Part shown: positions 62,257 to 64,000 of the stretch, one piece after another | How the letters are laid out: each line of letters opens with the position of its first letter | Position numbering within the stretch: position 1 is the first letter of the stretch | Source: Armatimonadota bacterium | GTDB lineage: Bacteria; Armatimonadota; UBA5829; DSUL01 | Length of the DNA: 64,000 nt | Assembly: GCA_039811685.1 (NCBI GenBank) | Contig: JBDHZC010000005.1 | Location: forward strand, 143,150 to 207,149 | Direction of reading: 5' to 3' | Position numbers and translations under genes: made by a program | Notes under the pieces: generated by a model | What the model was told of the DNA's origin: nothing | Database searches by the model: none | The model's input: the letters and a program-made list of their open reading frames with translations, nothing else

Positions 62257-63936
62257 ATGAGAAGCTGCACTTGGCTGACGCTGGGACTCCTCAGTTGTAT
62301 GCTAGCACCGGCGGCTCTGCCGGCGCAGAACCTGCTGTTGAATCCCAGCTTTGAAATCGACCCTGTTGAGGACGGCATCGCGCCTGGGTGGGCCAAGTAT
62401 CGTTCGGGAGATGGAATGGACGGCTGGTTGAAACCGTGGAGCGGGCCGGACTCAGACTGGGTCGCTGTGGCAGGCCAGTGGGCGCCGGGACAGTGGGTGC
62501 TCTGGGGCCAGAGTGTTCCGTGCACACCTGGCAAGAATGTCACTTTTCGCATCTGGTCGGGAGGTTATCCGGGCTTCACCGGTTCAACATCGGCGAAGCT
62601 GGAGTTCTACTATCCCAATCAGGAAGGCGGTTCTATGGCGATTTCCACCGCCGAAAGCTCGATCATCACCGGTACGCACCCGTGGAGCCTGCAGGAGATA
62701 AGCGCCACTGTTCCGGCGCAGGCGGCGCGTGTCCGGGCTATGGGCTGGATCCAGGGCGCCGCCGCAAGTCCGGCCACTGGAAGCGCCAAGTTCGACGATG
62801 CGTATCTGGAGACTTCCAGCATACCTGCCATGGTGACGCCTGGGGAGGCGAAGGGTCTTGCGGACAACACGCAGGTCTGGCTGAAATGGCCGGTGGTCGT
62901 GCGTGATAACGGCAGCGACACGGCCCACACAGACTGCTACGTCACAGGGTATCATCGCGAAGGCACGGTACGTGTTACCTCTAACAGTCCCATTTATAGC
63001 AACGGCGCACCTGTCGCGGTCAGACTTGGTGCGATGCTGCACGTGGTTGGAACGGTCACAACGGTCAACGCAGAGAAGGTGGTTCAGGCTTCGGACGTCG
63101 TGCCCACTAACTGGGATGGCCCGTGGCCGAAAGCCATTACGATGAATACCCGGTCTATGTCCCTCCTGCCGGATACCTCAGGCCTGATTGCGCGGTTGGT
63201 CGGTAATGTCAGCTGGGTATCGGGTGACAAGACCTTCTTCTATCTGGACGACGGCGCCAATGTCCCGGCGGAGGGCGCAAAGACCGGGATAAAGGTCTAC
63301 CACACAGCCAGCCCGGACGACTATCCACAAATCGGTGACACGGTGTCCGCTACCGGCATTGTGTGGACAGAGCAGGGTGCAGACAGCAAGACCTACTACA
63401 ACCTGACCACGCGCAAATCATCAGACTTCGCCGTGCTCAATATTGGCAGTGGTGGCGTCGGACGTAATCTCCTGCTGAACCCGGGATTTGAGTCAGGATC
63501 GGAAGCCTGGACCCTTCCAGATTCCAGCGTAGCTCCAGAGGCCTGGGCGGCCCTCAACGGCGCCAAAGGGATGGCGTTCTACACCTGGGATTCCTACACA
63601 GATATTTCGTTCCATCAGACAGTTCCAAACATTGTGCCGGGCGCAACCTACGAATTCAGCGCTCAGCTCAAAGAAGAACCGAACCATATCGGGACTATCA
63701 AAATGATTATCGAATGGCTCGACTCTTCCAACAACCCCATCGTTCCCTCAGCGGATCTGACCGTTGATCCGCCGGACAACTGGGGCAAGTTCATCCTGAG
63801 CGCTGTCGCTCCTGCGGGCGCAGCTTCGGCGAACTTCACCTTCGCCGATACCAATCATTCACCAAATCTGGAAAATCCGAATCTCCAGGCGGTGATGGTG
63901 GACGATACGGTAGCAAAGATAACGGCAATGCCGTAA
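62257..63936 (+). CDS. secreted non-catalytic protein: CBM-like / tandem OB-like module / CBM-like
   Basis: signal peptide, two NLLLNPxFE...DD domains flanking an FFYLDDG module; AAGGAG RBS. Confidence 0.75.
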   Translation: MRSCTWLTLGLLSCMLAPAALPAQNLLLNPSFEIDPVEDGIAPGWAKYRSGDGMDGWLKPWSGPDSDWVAVAGQWAPGQWVLWGQSVPCTPGKNVTFRIWSGGYPGFTGSTSAKLEFYYPNQEGGSMAISTAESSIITGTHPWSLQEISATVPAQAARVRAMGWIQGAAASPATGSAKFDDAYLETSSIPAMVTPGEAKGLADNTQVWLKWPVVVRDNGSDTAHTDCYVTGYHREGTVRVTSNSPIYSNGAPVAVRLGAMLHVVGTVTTVNAEKVVQASDVVPTNWDGPWPKAITMNTRSMSLLPDTSGLIARLVGNVSWVSGDKTFFYLDDGANVPAEGAKTGIKVYHTASPDDYPQIGDTVSATGIVWTEQGADSKTYYNLTTRKSSDFAVLNIGSGGVGRNLLLNPGFESGSEAWTLPDSSVAPEAWAALNGAKGMAFYTWDSYTDISFHQTVPNIVPGATYEFSAQLKEEPNHIGTIKMIIEWLDSSNNPIVPSADLTVDPPDNWGKFILSAVAPAGAASANFTFADTNHSPNLENPNLQAVMVDDTVAKITAMP

Positions 63937-63948
63937 GAGTTGAGTTTT

Positions 63949-63991
63949 GCCAGCCGGGCAGACGCGTATCGCTTGCGTCTGTCCGGCTGGC
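63949..63991 (+). other. long stem-loop downstream of stop codon
   Basis: GCCAGCCGGGCAGACGC-9 nt-GCGTCTGTCCGGCTGGC (17 bp, one G-U), no T-tract. Confidence 0.75.
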
Positions 63992-64000
63992 AGACGACGC

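Overview
GC-rich bacterial chromosome segment, most consistent with Armatimonadota (inferred from two PEP-CTERM proteins and a recurring tandem OB-fold-like module on secreted glycan enzymes). It holds housekeeping genes (pyrG, lysC, gltA, ppdK, panD, bcp, ggt), several DNA repair/recombination genes (ComM/YifB, SbcD/YhaN-like pair, PolB, non-canonical PolX-PHP, MPG, AlkA), a sigma70-LuxR pair, a two-component pair and many secreted glycoside hydrolases. I found no rRNA, tRNA, CRISPR array, transposase or prophage. Most notable: (1) a 180-aa IshB-like (PLMP-like + HNH) nuclease directly downstream of a ~210-nt structured RNA with its own consensus promoter, a 37-codon uORF and an intrinsic terminator; (2) a ~190-aa module shared by four secreted glycan-active proteins; (3) a promoter-bounded ~125-nt rod-shaped RNA ahead of a PEP-CTERM gene; (4) a stand-alone class III nucleotide cyclase-like gene; (5) two perfect CelR/CebR-type operators before a GH144-like gene. 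All product calls come from motif recognition by eye, not database searches.
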